From Candidatus Daviesbacteria bacterium (lineage in GTDB: Bacteria; Patescibacteriota; Microgenomatia; Daviesbacterales; UBA10151), in assembly GCA_030648435.1 (NCBI GenBank), contig JAUSHE010000008.1:3449-67448 (forward strand): 64,000 nucleotides of DNA, read 5' to 3'. A model generated the notes under the pieces. The model did no database searches and was not told the origin of the DNA. It was given only the letters and a program-made list of their open reading frames with translations. The position numbers and the translations under genes were made by a program. How positions within the stretch are numbered: position 1 is the stretch's first letter; every line of letters starts with the position of its first letter. Positions 9,486 through 19,371 of the stretch are shown here, one piece after another.

Positions 9486-9519
9486 CCCCCCGGCTCAACT
9501 CGACCCGGGGGTTTTTCTT
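9486..9519 (+). terminator. intrinsic terminator-like hairpin
   Basis: CCCCCGG-loop-CCGGGGG followed by TTTTTCTT. Confidence 0.6.
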
Positions 9520-9697
9520 GCTTAAAATCCTTAGATCACAAGAAAGCAGGGTATAAAGATAAAACTTGGTTATCTTCTTAAGTCGTGCCCTTCAGAAAAA
9601 TTGCTCATCCTGCGTGATTTTAAATAAGGACCAAATCCTACTGATAGGCAAACTCTGAGTTTAGACCGTCCTGAAGGAGTAATTCAGGGAATTCCCG

Positions 9698-9725
9698 CAG
9701 ACCTGCCTGCCGGCAGGCAGGTCTG
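9698..9725. repeat. perfect 28-bp palindrome (REP-like)
   Basis: CAGACCTGCCTGCC|GGCAGGCAGGTCTG. Confidence 0.85.
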
Positions 9726-9778
9726 TTTGAGGGGTTCTATAGAATATAAAATCAGATTCCAGTATAATCAGAGGGTTT

Positions 9779-9852
9779 GACGCCATCGTCTAGTGGCCTA
9801 GGACACAGGGTTTTCATCCCTGTAACCGCGGGTTCGACTCCCGCTGGCGTCA
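9779..9852 (+). tRNA. tRNA-Glu(UUC)
   Basis: Acceptor GACGCCA/TGGCGTC; anticodon arm CAGGG-TTTTCAT-CCCTG; TATAAT upstream. Confidence 0.95.
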
Positions 9853-9982
9853 CAAAACAAAAAATATCCCTTATCCTAACCTATTATTTTTGAGTAATTT
9901 TTGTCTGAAGAATACATTTGCTTCATCTTGCGCTTGAAGTAATTTATCCTGATAAATGAAAGGTTAGGATCTTCAGTCTTTC

Positions 9983-10636
9983 TTAAGGTGCAAGTCTGTT
10001 TAAGATTCTGCCAAGCAGGGAATCAGTGCTTTCAACTACCTGACCGTTTTCAGCTGATACAACAGCCTCAACTTTTGTTTTAATTAGGATAAATCTTAAT
10101 AATTTATGGGTTTTAGTACCCTTAACTTTATAAACCAAAACCCCGTTTCTAGTCTCCAACTTTACCAGATCCGGAATGCTTCCTAAACTATTATTAACTT
10201 TCTCACCCGCTACATCATCCATTACATGAGATGAAAGCATATTATCAATTGCTTTTTGAGGTAAAACAGCCACCACTTTAGATCCTGAAGGAGTAGTGAC
10301 AGTTATTTGCCTGGTGGTGGGGTCAACTGAGATGGGGAAATTTGACAAAGCCCCAACTCTTTTGTTTACCAAGGCTATCTGACCCGGGGCTGTAGCTATT
10401 TTAACATCTTCTTTCTCCAGTTCTGCTTCTACTTCTTTAACCGCCTCATTTTCACCCTGCTTAACTTTAGTTTCTATTTTTACGGGCTTAGGAGTTGATT
10501 GAACAACAGATGATTTTCCATCATTGTAATTTCTGCTAACAGGTATTATTGAAGAAAAAACTAAAAAGCCCCCGATGCCAACTATTAAAACAGCCAGAAA
10601 GTGGGCAAAACCTTTATCTTGATTTGAATTAGGCAT
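9983..10636 (-). CDS. membrane-anchored hypothetical protein
   Basis: KGFAHFLAVL pilin-like/TM N-terminus; C-terminal VSAENGQVV (PepSY-like). Confidence 0.7.
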   Translation of the reverse strand: MPNSNQDKGFAHFLAVLIVGIGGFLVFSSIIPVSRNYNDGKSSVVQSTPKPVKIETKVKQGENEAVKEVEAELEKEDVKIATAPGQIALVNKRVGALSNFPISVDPTTRQITVTTPSGSKVVAVLPQKAIDNMLSSHVMDDVAGEKVNNSLGSIPDLVKLETRNGVLVYKVKGTKTHKLLRFILIKTKVEAVVSAENGQVVESTDSLLGRILNRLAP

Positions 10637-10717
10637 TAATTTCAGTTTACATAAAAACAGATTCCTTGTCAACTTTGCACTTGACAAGATCTTCTTAGCA
10701 CCATAAAATGTCGGTGT

Positions 10718-11074
10718 ATGTTTCGACGCCGACCAGAAATGGATGTTATCATTCCTGATAATCCTGAAATTTTAGGAGCTCCAAATTTGGATTTACCTGA
10801 AACGCCAATTGCTTCGAGAAAAAGATTCCTCGCTCAGCTAGGTTCAATTGCAATCATGCCCTTTCACAATCAAGCATTTCAGGGACCCAACTTGTTTTAT
10901 GGTGACAGTACTAGTGGTGCTGGTGTCGGTTTTTTCTTAGGAGCAATTCTAGGAGGAACAACAGAATCCATGCTCCATTTGGCAGGTAAACCCTGTAATG
11001 TGATATCTTCGGGAGGTAGGACATTATTGCTTGGAGTTGTCGGAGCCATTATAGGTTCTCATTTCTTGAATTAA
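10718..11074 (+). CDS. hypothetical membrane protein (glycine-rich TMs)
   Basis: ORF with TAAAAT just upstream of the ATG. Confidence 0.6.
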   Translation: MFRRRPEMDVIIPDNPEILGAPNLDLPETPIASRKRFLAQLGSIAIMPFHNQAFQGPNLFYGDSTSGAGVGFFLGAILGGTTESMLHLAGKPCNVISSGGRTLLLGVVGAIIGSHFLN

Positions 11075-11152
11075 CAAACCCCTTTTCAGAAGAATTAAAT
11101 AACGGCATTCTCTAAAGATGATCTACGGTTTAATGAGTTGCAACGCGCTATA

Positions 11153-11193
11153 AGTAGATAAATTATCAGTTATCTACTCCCTAATGGTATAAT
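11153..11193 (+). promoter_or_regulatory. pflB promoter with inverted repeat over the -35 region
   Basis: AGTAGATAA-N8-TTATCTACT; TGGTATAAT extended -10, 9 nt before the ATG. Confidence 0.5.
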
Positions 11194-11202
11194 GTCCCTA
11201 CA

Positions 11203-13398
11203 ATGAGTAACCCCCTTAGCGTCCGTGATTTTTTGTTTAAGAATCTTACTTCTTATGACGGCGGCCCGGAATTCCTGCAGAGTCCAACCGATCGGACCCA
11301 AAAACTTTGGGATATCTGCAAAATCTTAATTAAAAAAGAATTTGATAACGGGGGCGTTTTGGATATCGATACCAAGACCATTTCTACAATTACCAGCCAC
11401 CAGCCGGGCTATATAGAGAAAGATTTGGAACTGATTTTTGGTTTACAAACAGATGGGCCCCTAAAACGGGCCATTAAACCTTTTGGCGGTATTAAAGTGG
11501 TGGAGCGGGCCTGCGAGGATTACGGGAAAAAGCTGGATCCAGTGGTAATAGACCTTTTTACCAAATATTTAAAAAGCCACAACCAGGGGATTTTTGACGC
11601 CTATACAGATGAAATCAGGAAATACCGTTCTTCCGGCGTGATCACCGGACTGCCTGATAATTATGCCCGGGGCAGGATTATCGGAGATTACCGCCGGGCT
11701 GCGCTGTTTGGGATAGACAGGATTATTGAAGAAAAGCAAAAAGACCTCCAGGGCAAGGGAGGAGAAATGAGTGATGAGGAAATCCGGGACAGGGAAGAGA
11801 TTAAAGAAGAAATTCAAGCCTTAAATTTGATCAAAGAAATGGCCTTTTCGTATGGCTTTGATATTTCAAAACCGGCCACAAATGCCAAAGAGGCAATCCA
11901 GTGGACATATTTTGCGTATCTTTCTGCTTTGAAAGAACAGGACGGCGCGGCGATGAGTTTGGGGTCTGTTTCCGGATTTTTTGATATTTATCTTAAGAAA
12001 GATATTGCCGATGGGAAACTGGACGAAAAGCAAGCCCAGGAACTGGTTGATCAGTTTATTATCAAATTAAGGATGGTCCGGCAACTGCGGATGAAGGAAT
12101 ACGATACCATTTATGCCGGTGATCCAACCTGGCTGACAGAAAGTTTGGCCGGGATGTTTTTGGACGGAAGACACAAAGTGACTAAAACTTCCTACCGGTT
12201 TTTACAATCTTTATATAATCTGGGACCGGCCCCTGAACCAAACCTCACCGTGCTGTGGTCTGAAAAATTACCCAAAAAGTTTAAGGAATTTTGCGCCAAA
12301 GTATCAATTGAAACTTCTGCTATCCAATATGAAAATGATGACCTGATGCGGGAGACCGCTGACTGGGACGATTACGCCATCAGCTGTTGTGTTTCCCAGC
12401 TCAAAAACGGTTCCCAAATGCAATACTTTGGGGCTAGAAGCAATCTGGCCAAAATTTTGCTTTTGGCATTAAATTCAGGCAAGGATGAAAATACCGGCGT
12501 TGAATTGGTTCCCGGGATAGAAGCCCAAAATGATGGCGTTTTAAATTATGACAACGTTATTGCTGAGTACAAAAAAACCTTGGCTTACGTTGCGACCGTT
12601 TATGTTAAGGCCATGAATATTATTCATTACATGCATGACAAATATTATTTTGAACGGGTGGAAATGGCTTTACTTGACAGCAAACTTGATCGGTTAATGG
12701 CTTTTGGTATTGCGGGCTTGTCGGTTGTAGCCGATTCCTTTTCAGCCATAAAATATGCCAAAGTTACTCCAATAAGAGACGTTAACGGAATTACAAAAGA
12801 ATTCAAGGCCGTGGGGGATTTTCCGAAATATGGCAATGACAATGACCTGGCTGATGATATTGCCCGGGAATTGGTCAAAAGCTTCCATGAAGAACTCAAA
12901 AAACATCATATTTACCGTAATGCCACGCCTACTTTATCGGTTCTGACAATAACTTCAAATGTAATGTACGGCAAAAAGACAGGCGCCACTCCTGACGGAA
13001 GATTATCAGGTGCGCCTTTTGCCCCGGGAGCTAATCCGATGCACGGCAGGGATGTTCGTGGTGCAATTGCATCATTAAATTCCGTTGCTAAGCTAAATTA
13101 TGAAGATGCCAGAGACGGGATTTCCAATACTTTCTCGATAGTTCCAAAGGCTTTGGGAAACAATGAGGAAGCACAGATTGAAAATCTGGTCAATTTGATT
13201 GACGGATATTTCCTAAAACAAGCCCAGCACTTAAATGTTAACGTTTTAAATAAAGAAACTCTGCTTAAAGCGATGGCGCATCCGGAAGATTACCCCCAGT
13301 TAACGATTAGGGTGTCAGGCTATGCGGTCAATTTCGTAAAGTTATCCCGTGAGCACCAACAGGAAGTATTAGCGCGGTCATTTTTTGACTCAATGTAA
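11203..13398 (+). CDS. pflB: pyruvate formate-lyase (formate C-acetyltransferase)
   Basis: [17 protein letters not shown], active-site ISCCVS, glycyl-radical motif RVSGYAV. Confidence 0.97.
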   Translation: MSNPLSVRDFLFKNLTSYDGGPEFLQSPTDRTQKLWDICKILIKKEFDNGGVLDIDTKTISTITSHQPGYIEKDLELIFGLQTDGPLKRAIKPFGGIKVVERACEDYGKKLDPVVIDLFTKYLKSHNQGIFDAYTDEIRKYRSSGVITGLPDNYARGRIIGDYRRAALFGIDRIIEEKQKDLQGKGGEMSDEEIRDREEIKEEIQALNLIKEMAFSYGFDISKPATNAKEAIQWTYFAYLSALKEQDGAAMSLGSVSGFFDIYLKKDIADGKLDEKQAQELVDQFIIKLRMVRQLRMKEYDTIYAGDPTWLTESLAGMFLDGRHKVTKTSYRFLQSLYNLGPAPEPNLTVLWSEKLPKKFKEFCAKVSIETSAIQYENDDLMRETADWDDYAISCCVSQLKNGSQMQYFGARSNLAKILLLALNSGKDENTGVELVPGIEAQNDGVLNYDNVIAEYKKTLAYVATVYVKAMNIIHYMHDKYYFERVEMALLDSKLDRLMAFGIAGLSVVADSFSAIKYAKVTPIRDVNGITKEFKAVGDFPKYGNDNDLADDIARELVKSFHEELKKHHIYRNATPTLSVLTITSNVMYGKKTGATPDGRLSGAPFAPGANPMHGRDVRGAIASLNSVAKLNYEDARDGISNTFSIVPKALGNNEEAQIENLVNLIDGYFLKQAQHLNVNVLNKETLLKAMAHPEDYPQLTIRVSGYAVNFVKLSREHQQEVLARSFFDSM

Positions 13399-13401
13399 AT
13401 T

Positions 13402-14124
13402 TTAAGATAAAAGGGCGCCGCCGTCGACCACAATTTGCGAACCTGTCATATAAGATGACATCTCCGAAGCCAGGAAAAGCGCCACTTTGCCAATTTCATC
13501 TGGTTCACCCATCCTGTGCATAGGAATTTTATTCATAAAAGCTTCCATGATTTTGGGATCAATTTTTCCAGCCCCCTCTTGTGCCTTCACTACCCCCGGT
13601 GTGACAATACCGCCCGGCGCAATGGCGTTGACCCAAATCTTGTGTTGGGCCAGCTCCAGCGCGGTATTTTTGGTAAATCCCCACACACCATGCTTGGAAG
13701 CATCATAGGCCGAGAGACCGATCATTGAAGGGTGCAAGGCATCTATTGAGGAAATATTGATAATTTTTCCGCCCCGCCCCTGCTTTATCATTTGTTCAGA
13801 GACATATTTCGTGGTTAAAAACACCCCCTCCAGATTCACTTTAATCACTTTTTCAAAATCCTCCAAAGTCATCAGGGAAAGCGGCACATTCGGATAAATG
13901 CCGGCATTGTTGACCAAAATATCTATTGAGCCGTATTTTTCAACCGTCTCTGCAACAAGTTTTTTAACGTCCTCTTCTTTGGAAACATTACAACCAGTGG
14001 CCAAATCGGCAATTACAACATTAGCGCCTGCCTCCTGAAAACGTTTGACTATCCCCGCCCCAATCCCTACAGATCCACCGGTAACTATTGCTGCTTTTCC
14101 TGAAAGATCCAGAAGACCGCGCAT
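13402..14124 (-). CDS. SDR family oxidoreductase
   Basis: TGGSVGIG, NNAG, YDASK. Confidence 0.93.
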   Translation of the reverse strand: MRGLLDLSGKAAIVTGGSVGIGAGIVKRFQEAGANVVIADLATGCNVSKEEDVKKLVAETVEKYGSIDILVNNAGIYPNVPLSLMTLEDFEKVIKVNLEGVFLTTKYVSEQMIKQGRGGKIINISSIDALHPSMIGLSAYDASKHGVWGFTKNTALELAQHKIWVNAIAPGGIVTPGVVKAQEGAGKIDPKIMEAFMNKIPMHRMGEPDEIGKVALFLASEMSSYMTGSQIVVDGGALLS

Positions 14125-14136
14125 GCACTTATCTTA

Positions 14137-16155
14137 TTAGAACAAGACTTTGCAGTCAACTGCCAAAACGCCATCCGACATGACAATGGCCGGATTAATT
14201 TCAATATTGGAAATTTCCGGAATATTTAAGGCCAAATTGGCAAGACGGACAATTGTTTCATAAAGCTTATCTAAGCTACTTTCGGCCAGGAAGGAATATA
14301 TTTTTGATTTTGCCACCAGTTGTTTTGCCCGGGGCAGATCTATAGGCAGAAGACATAAATTGCGGTCACAAATCAGTTCGGCATACGACCCCCCTGCTCC
14401 GAAAAGCAGGACCGGTCCAAAATTCGGGTCTTTTTTAACGCCGATAATTACTTCTACTCCAGGAGGAACTTGCTTTTGAATCTGGATATCAAGATGGTGG
14501 GACTCAAGTTCCTTCCAGGCAGATTCAAGCTGAGGATTGTTTTCTATATCGGTAATAACCCCTCCAATGGCCTTTTTATGAAGCAGTGTCGGCGAAAAAA
14601 GCTTTAAAACTACAGGAAATCCGCATTTTGAGGCAAAACCTTTGGCTTCCTGCAAACCAGGGACAATGGCCGAATCGGGAACGGCAATTCCTGCCAGAGC
14701 AATAATTTCATTCGGGGTAGCCTGATGCATGATTTGCTTTATTTGATCCAGATTTGGCACTTGCTGTATTTGATTTTGGGTAATACTTTGCTTTAGATTT
14801 TGATGATTTTTGTACCACCACATTTTACCCACAGCCCAAATAGCCCGTTCCGGAAATCTGAAATGCGGGATTTTCAGTTCGTTAAGTTTTTGTTCTCCCT
14901 CCGCCACCAAACTTCCGCCAATAAATGAACAAAAAATTAATTTCCGGTATTTCTTTGATAAGTTCCCCAAATTTTCTGCTGTTTTTTCAATCTGGGTCAT
15001 AACTTGAGGAGTCAGGATGACAATTAACGCATCAACCTCCGTATTTGCCAAAATGACATCCGCCGCTTTTGCATACCTGTCAGCTAACGCATCACCTAAA
15101 ACATCAACCGGATTTAAAATTCCCGCTGAACGGGGCAGGATTTGCTGCAGTTTCAAGAGGGTTTCCGTGTCAAATTCCGCAAGTTCCAATCCTTCATTGA
15201 TAACAGCATCTGCAGAAATAACCGCCGGCCCGCCGGCATTTGAAATAATGGCAACTCTTGGCCCTTTGATATTTTCTGCCCAGGCAAAACTGCGCGACAA
15301 ATCAAAGAAATCCTCCAAAGTAAGACAGCGGATAACACCGGCCTGGGATAAAACTGCTTCCAAAACCGCATCTTCTCCGGCGATTGATCCGGTATGCGAC
15401 AGCATAGCTTTGGCGCCGGCCCGGGTTTTACCCGGTTTCAAAAGAAAAACAGGGTTTGTTTTTGAAATCTCCGCAGTCAATTTTAGAAATTCAGATCCTT
15501 TCGATATTGATTCCAGATACAGCCCCACTGCCATGGAGGGAGTATTTCTAAAATATTCTAAAACATCATTTTCGTTAATGACCGCTTTGTTACCGAGCGT
15601 CACAAACTGCGAAAATCCGACATTATTTGATTTACACCAGTCAAAAAGGCTGGAGGCGATGGCTCCGGACTGGGAAATAAAACGTAAATTACCGGAGGCG
15701 CTGACAACTTCTCCAAAGGTGACATTAACCGGACACAAATTATTCACAAAACCTAAGCAATTGGGACCTAAAACATTAATGCTGTATTTTTGGGCAATTT
15801 CAATTAATCTATCTTCTAACTTTTTTCCCTCCTCTCCGGCTTCTTTAAAACCGGCAGAGAAAACCACCGCATTTTTGATGCCTTTTTCCCCCACCTGGGT
15901 GAGCACATCCAAAGCGTCAGGTACAGGGATTGCGATTACTGCCAAATCAGGAATTACAGGCAGGCTGGCGGTGTCTTTATAGCACCACAGATTGCCAATG
16001 TTTGAAGCATTGGGATTGACAGGATAAATGTCGCCTTTAAAACCGGAGGCGATAATATTTTTTAAGACGGTAGCACCTACTTTTTCCGGGCTTCTGGAAG
16101 CACCGATGATGGCGATTGATTTGGGACAGAATAGGGTAGTGAGATCATGAGCCAC
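14137..16155 (-). CDS. acetate--CoA ligase (ADP-forming), fused alpha/beta
   Basis: IIGAS, GPNCLG, SQSGA, SHTGS phospho-His, NPVD, ATP-grasp EINP. Confidence 0.92.
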   Translation of the reverse strand: MAHDLTTLFCPKSIAIIGASRSPEKVGATVLKNIIASGFKGDIYPVNPNASNIGNLWCYKDTASLPVIPDLAVIAIPVPDALDVLTQVGEKGIKNAVVFSAGFKEAGEEGKKLEDRLIEIAQKYSINVLGPNCLGFVNNLCPVNVTFGEVVSASGNLRFISQSGAIASSLFDWCKSNNVGFSQFVTLGNKAVINENDVLEYFRNTPSMAVGLYLESISKGSEFLKLTAEISKTNPVFLLKPGKTRAGAKAMLSHTGSIAGEDAVLEAVLSQAGVIRCLTLEDFFDLSRSFAWAENIKGPRVAIISNAGGPAVISADAVINEGLELAEFDTETLLKLQQILPRSAGILNPVDVLGDALADRYAKAADVILANTEVDALIVILTPQVMTQIEKTAENLGNLSKKYRKLIFCSFIGGSLVAEGEQKLNELKIPHFRFPERAIWAVGKMWWYKNHQNLKQSITQNQIQQVPNLDQIKQIMHQATPNEIIALAGIAVPDSAIVPGLQEAKGFASKCGFPVVLKLFSPTLLHKKAIGGVITDIENNPQLESAWKELESHHLDIQIQKQVPPGVEVIIGVKKDPNFGPVLLFGAGGSYAELICDRNLCLLPIDLPRAKQLVAKSKIYSFLAESSLDKLYETIVRLANLALNIPEISNIEINPAIVMSDGVLAVDCKVLF

Positions 16156-16226
16156 AACTTTAGTTTAAGTTATTTTACGTACCTAATCAAGCTGTATATG
16201 TTAAAATTACACCGGTTGCTTAAGCT

Positions 16227-16952
16227 ATGATAAGCGTTCATTCAATTGAAACATTTGGCACTCATGAAGGGCCGGGAATCAGATTAGTAGTATTTTTGCA
16301 GGGCTGCAATTTTAGATGCGTTTATTGCCATAATCCGGATACCCAACCGCTTGAGGGTGGCAAAGAAATGACCTCTGAGGAAATTCTTGCACTTCTTGAA
16401 AAACAGGAGCCATATTTTAAAGAAACAGGCGGTTTAACTGTTTCAGGAGGAGAGTCACTTCTGCAAAGGTATGCTCTCATTGATTTATTTACCAAAGCAA
16501 AAAAGAAGAGATTTAATACAACCCTGGATACCAATGGCTCTATTTTAGACGAGGATTCGAAAAAACTTTTGGAAGTCACAGATTTAGTGCTTTTGGACGT
16601 AAAACATATTGATCCGGTTTGGCATCAAAAAGTAACCGGTGCTGCAAATAATGTGGTTTTAGAGTTTGCCGGGTATTTGGAAAGTATTAATAAGTCAATG
16701 TGGCTAAGATATGTATTAGTCCCGGGTTATACCGATCAAAAAGATTCTCTGGAAAAATGGGGGAAACATTTTAAGGATTTTAAAAATATTAAAAGAGTAG
16801 AGATTCTGCCTTTTCATAAATACGGTTTTTATAAATGGAAAGAACTGGGTATGAAAAATCCGCTGGAAAATACCCCTGTTCCCACGAAAGAAGAAATTCA
16901 GGAAGCCTTTGATATATTCAAAAAATACTTTAAGGAAGTTTATATCAGGTAA
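16227..16952 (+). CDS. pflA: pyruvate formate-lyase activating enzyme (radical SAM)
   Basis: GPGIR, CNFRCVYCHNPDT, SGGE. Confidence 0.96.
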   Translation: MISVHSIETFGTHEGPGIRLVVFLQGCNFRCVYCHNPDTQPLEGGKEMTSEEILALLEKQEPYFKETGGLTVSGGESLLQRYALIDLFTKAKKKRFNTTLDTNGSILDEDSKKLLEVTDLVLLDVKHIDPVWHQKVTGAANNVVLEFAGYLESINKSMWLRYVLVPGYTDQKDSLEKWGKHFKDFKNIKRVEILPFHKYGFYKWKELGMKNPLENTPVPTKEEIQEAFDIFKKYFKEVYIR

Positions 16953-17343
16953 TATACCCGTGTTTTTTGAGCCAGGGGAAAATGGTTCTTTTGGCAATCA
17001 CGGAAATGTTTTTTTTATCAGAATTTGAGTCAAACCAACCAATCTCTGCTATTTCTGAAGAAGGCTTTGGTATACCAATTAATTTTCCCTCAAAAACCCT
17101 GATTGCCACCCTACCTCCGCCATGCGCCACATCCTCAAATTCTGTCAGGTATTTCAAAGAAGATTCTTCTATTTCACAACCAACTTCTTCCATAACTTCT
17201 CTTTTTAGAGCCTCTATTTCGGACTCCCCTTCTTTCAGCTTACCTCCCAGAGTGAAAAAGACTAAAGGTTGATTTTTGCTTCTGACCTGCAGCATTTTTT
17301 TATCCTTAAATACTGCCAGTGCTACTTTCTTGATAGTTTTCAT
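16945..17343 (-). CDS. NUDIX hydrolase
   Basis: Nudix box GGKLKEGESEIEALKREVMEEVG. Confidence 0.9.
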   Translation of the reverse strand: MKTIKKVALAVFKDKKMLQVRSKNQPLVFFTLGGKLKEGESEIEALKREVMEEVGCEIEESSLKYLTEFEDVAHGGGRVAIRVFEGKLIGIPKPSSEIAEIGWFDSNSDKKNISVIAKRTIFPWLKKHGYIT

Positions 17344-17376
17344 AGTCTTTTGGACTATGTTATACTTTTCTAGATT

Positions 17377-18234
17377 ATGAAACAACAATTAGGAATTATT
17401 GGCTACGGCATTGTGGGACAGGCTCTCTCGTATGGCTTTTCCCAACCGGAGATAAAAGATGATTATGAAATCAGATTCTATGATAAATATAAGGAAACCG
17501 AACCGCTAAAAGACGTCGTTATTTCAAGCGAATTTATCTTCATTTGTTTGCCTACTCCCATGAAAGACGATGAATCGGGCATTGACCTTTCGATTATTGA
17601 AGAAAGCATTGCAGAAATAACACAATATACAGACAATACTGACAAAATCATTGTCATCAAATCAACAGTTGCTCCCGGCACAACAGCTTCGTTGGAGAAA
17701 AAGTACCCTAAAAGCCACTTTGCCATGAATCCGGAATTTTTAACAGAGGCTAATTATCTGGAAGATTTTATCAAAGCTGACCGGAATGTAGTTGGCGCAA
17801 ATAATGACCTAATTTCCAGAAGAGTAGTTGCTTTATATAAACAAAGGTTTCCCCGGACAAAAATTTTCCAGACAGACACTACAACTGCGGAGATGGTTAA
17901 ATATATGGCCAATGCGTTTTTGGCAACCAAAGTTATTTTCGCCAATCAGATGTATGATTTATGTCAGGCTTTAGGAATTAAATACGAGGAAGTAAAAAGC
18001 ATAGTGGTGGGGGACCATCGGATTTTTGATTCACACCTGGATATTACAACTGCCAAAGGTTTTGGCGGAAAATGCTTCCCCAAAGATATTATTGCTTTAA
18101 TCGGCAGAGCTAAAGAACTCAAAGTAGAACCCGGACTTTTGGAAACCGTTTGGAATATTAATAAAAAGATCAGAAAAGTTAAAGACTGGGAAGAAATCCC
18201 CTTCGTGGTGGCGGGAAAAAGTAAAATTAATTAA
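17377..18234 (+). CDS. UDP-glucose/GDP-mannose dehydrogenase family protein (no C-terminal domain)
   Basis: [25 protein letters not shown]. Confidence 0.9.
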   Translation: MKQQLGIIGYGIVGQALSYGFSQPEIKDDYEIRFYDKYKETEPLKDVVISSEFIFICLPTPMKDDESGIDLSIIEESIAEITQYTDNTDKIIVIKSTVAPGTTASLEKKYPKSHFAMNPEFLTEANYLEDFIKADRNVVGANNDLISRRVVALYKQRFPRTKIFQTDTTTAEMVKYMANAFLATKVIFANQMYDLCQALGIKYEEVKSIVVGDHRIFDSHLDITTAKGFGGKCFPKDIIALIGRAKELKVEPGLLETVWNINKKIRKVKDWEEIPFVVAGKSKIN

Positions 18235-18545
18235 ACGCGGGTTGCGCTCTTGCCGGTTAGGTCTCTTAAGTAATAAAGCTTTGATCTGCGGACACCGGTG
18301 GTTTTTTTCTTAACATCAATTTTTACAATACTGTTGCTGTCAAGAGGCCAGGTCCGCTCAACCCCAATCCCGGCTGCACCAATTTTCCGCACGGTAAAGG
18401 TTTTATTGACATCCCTACCCCGCAGCCTGATTAAAATCCCCTCAAATATTTGAATACGGGTTTTTGCGCCTTCCACCACTTTGTTATGGACGCGGATAGT
18501 ATCGCCAATATGAATTTCCTGCTCTCCCACTCTGACTGAAATCAT
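18231..18545 (-). CDS. rplS: 50S ribosomal protein L19
   Basis: [26 protein letters not shown]. Confidence 0.97.
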   Translation of the reverse strand: MISVRVGEQEIHIGDTIRVHNKVVEGAKTRIQIFEGILIRLRGRDVNKTFTVRKIGAAGIGVERTWPLDSNSIVKIDVKKKTTGVRRSKLYYLRDLTGKSATRV

Positions 18546-18599
18546 TGTGAAATTTTACCACAAACTACAGCCTTGATCAACCAACAATCCGTTTCATCC

Positions 18600-18622
18600 T
18601 GTAAGGCGTCCCCTTGCAGCAC
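18600..18622. repeat. REP-like hairpin copy 2 (upstream of RAYT)
   Basis: TGTAAGG CGTCC CCTTGCA-GCAC. Confidence 0.88.
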
Positions 18623-18652
18623 AACATTATAAGTGGTCTAATTATATTAGAC

Positions 18653-19345
18653 ATGCCCGGTAAAAATTCCGTAAAACAATATACAGATAAGGGTTATTAT
18701 CATATTTATAACCGTGGAGTGGAAAAACGGATAATTTTCCAGGAAATACAGGATTATCTTGTTTTCCTATCTTATCTTAAAAATTATCTTCTACCAAAAG
18801 ACGAAGAAAAACTAAAAGAGAAATTATCAAATCCTGACACCTCTTATACAGATAGGGATAAGATTATTAAGCTTTTGCGGTTGAATAATTTTGCAGACGA
18901 GATAAATCTACTGGCATATTGCTTAATGCCCAACCACTTTCACTTTTTCATTTACCAAAACAGCAGTATTTCAATGGATAAATTTATGAATTCACTAGCT
19001 ACGAGATATAGTATGTACTTTAACAGAAAATATAAAAGAGTAGGGCCTTTGTATCAGGATGTTTACAAAGCTGTATTAGTTGCAAATGAGGAGCAGTTTC
19101 TTCATCTTACAAGATACATACATAAACAGGCTTTAGCTTTGCAAGGGGACGCCTTACAGCACGGAATGACTGATCAACCATCATCTTATTTAGATTATAT
19201 TGGCAATAGAAAAACAAAATGGGTCAAAACTGAAGAAGTATTGTTATATTTCTCTAAAAGCAACCCTAAACTTTCATACAGAGCATTTGTTGAAGAAAAG
19301 GATGATATAGAATTAATAAGCGAACTCACATTAGAAGATATTTAG
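18653..19345 (+). CDS. REP-associated tyrosine transposase (RAYT, Y1 HUH)
   Basis: YHIYNRG, AYCLMPNHFH (HUH), RYIH (catalytic Tyr), SSY; flanked by REP-like hairpins. Confidence 0.93.
   Translation: MPGKNSVKQYTDKGYYHIYNRGVEKRIIFQEIQDYLVFLSYLKNYLLPKDEEKLKEKLSNPDTSYTDRDKIIKLLRLNNFADEINLLAYCLMPNHFHFFIYQNSSISMDKFMNSLATRYSMYFNRKYKRVGPLYQDVYKAVLVANEEQFLHLTRYIHKQALALQGDALQHGMTDQPSSYLDYIGNRKTKWVKTEEVLLYFSKSNPKLSYRAFVEEKDDIELISELTLEDI
19134..19162. repeat. REP-like hairpin copy 3 (inside RAYT CDS)
   Basis: TAGCTT-TGCAAGG GGACG CCTTACA-GCAC. Confidence 0.9.
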
Positions 19346-19371
19346 CCTTGCAAGGCGTCCCCTTGCAGCTC
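19343..19371. repeat. REP-like hairpin copy 4 (between RAYT and dnaE stops)
   Basis: TAGCCT-TGCAAGG CGTCC CCTTGCA-GCTC. Confidence 0.9.

Noticed and set aside
15017-15982. 321-aa + strand ORF
   Set aside because: Antisense shadow of the acetate-CoA ligase with no recognisable motifs
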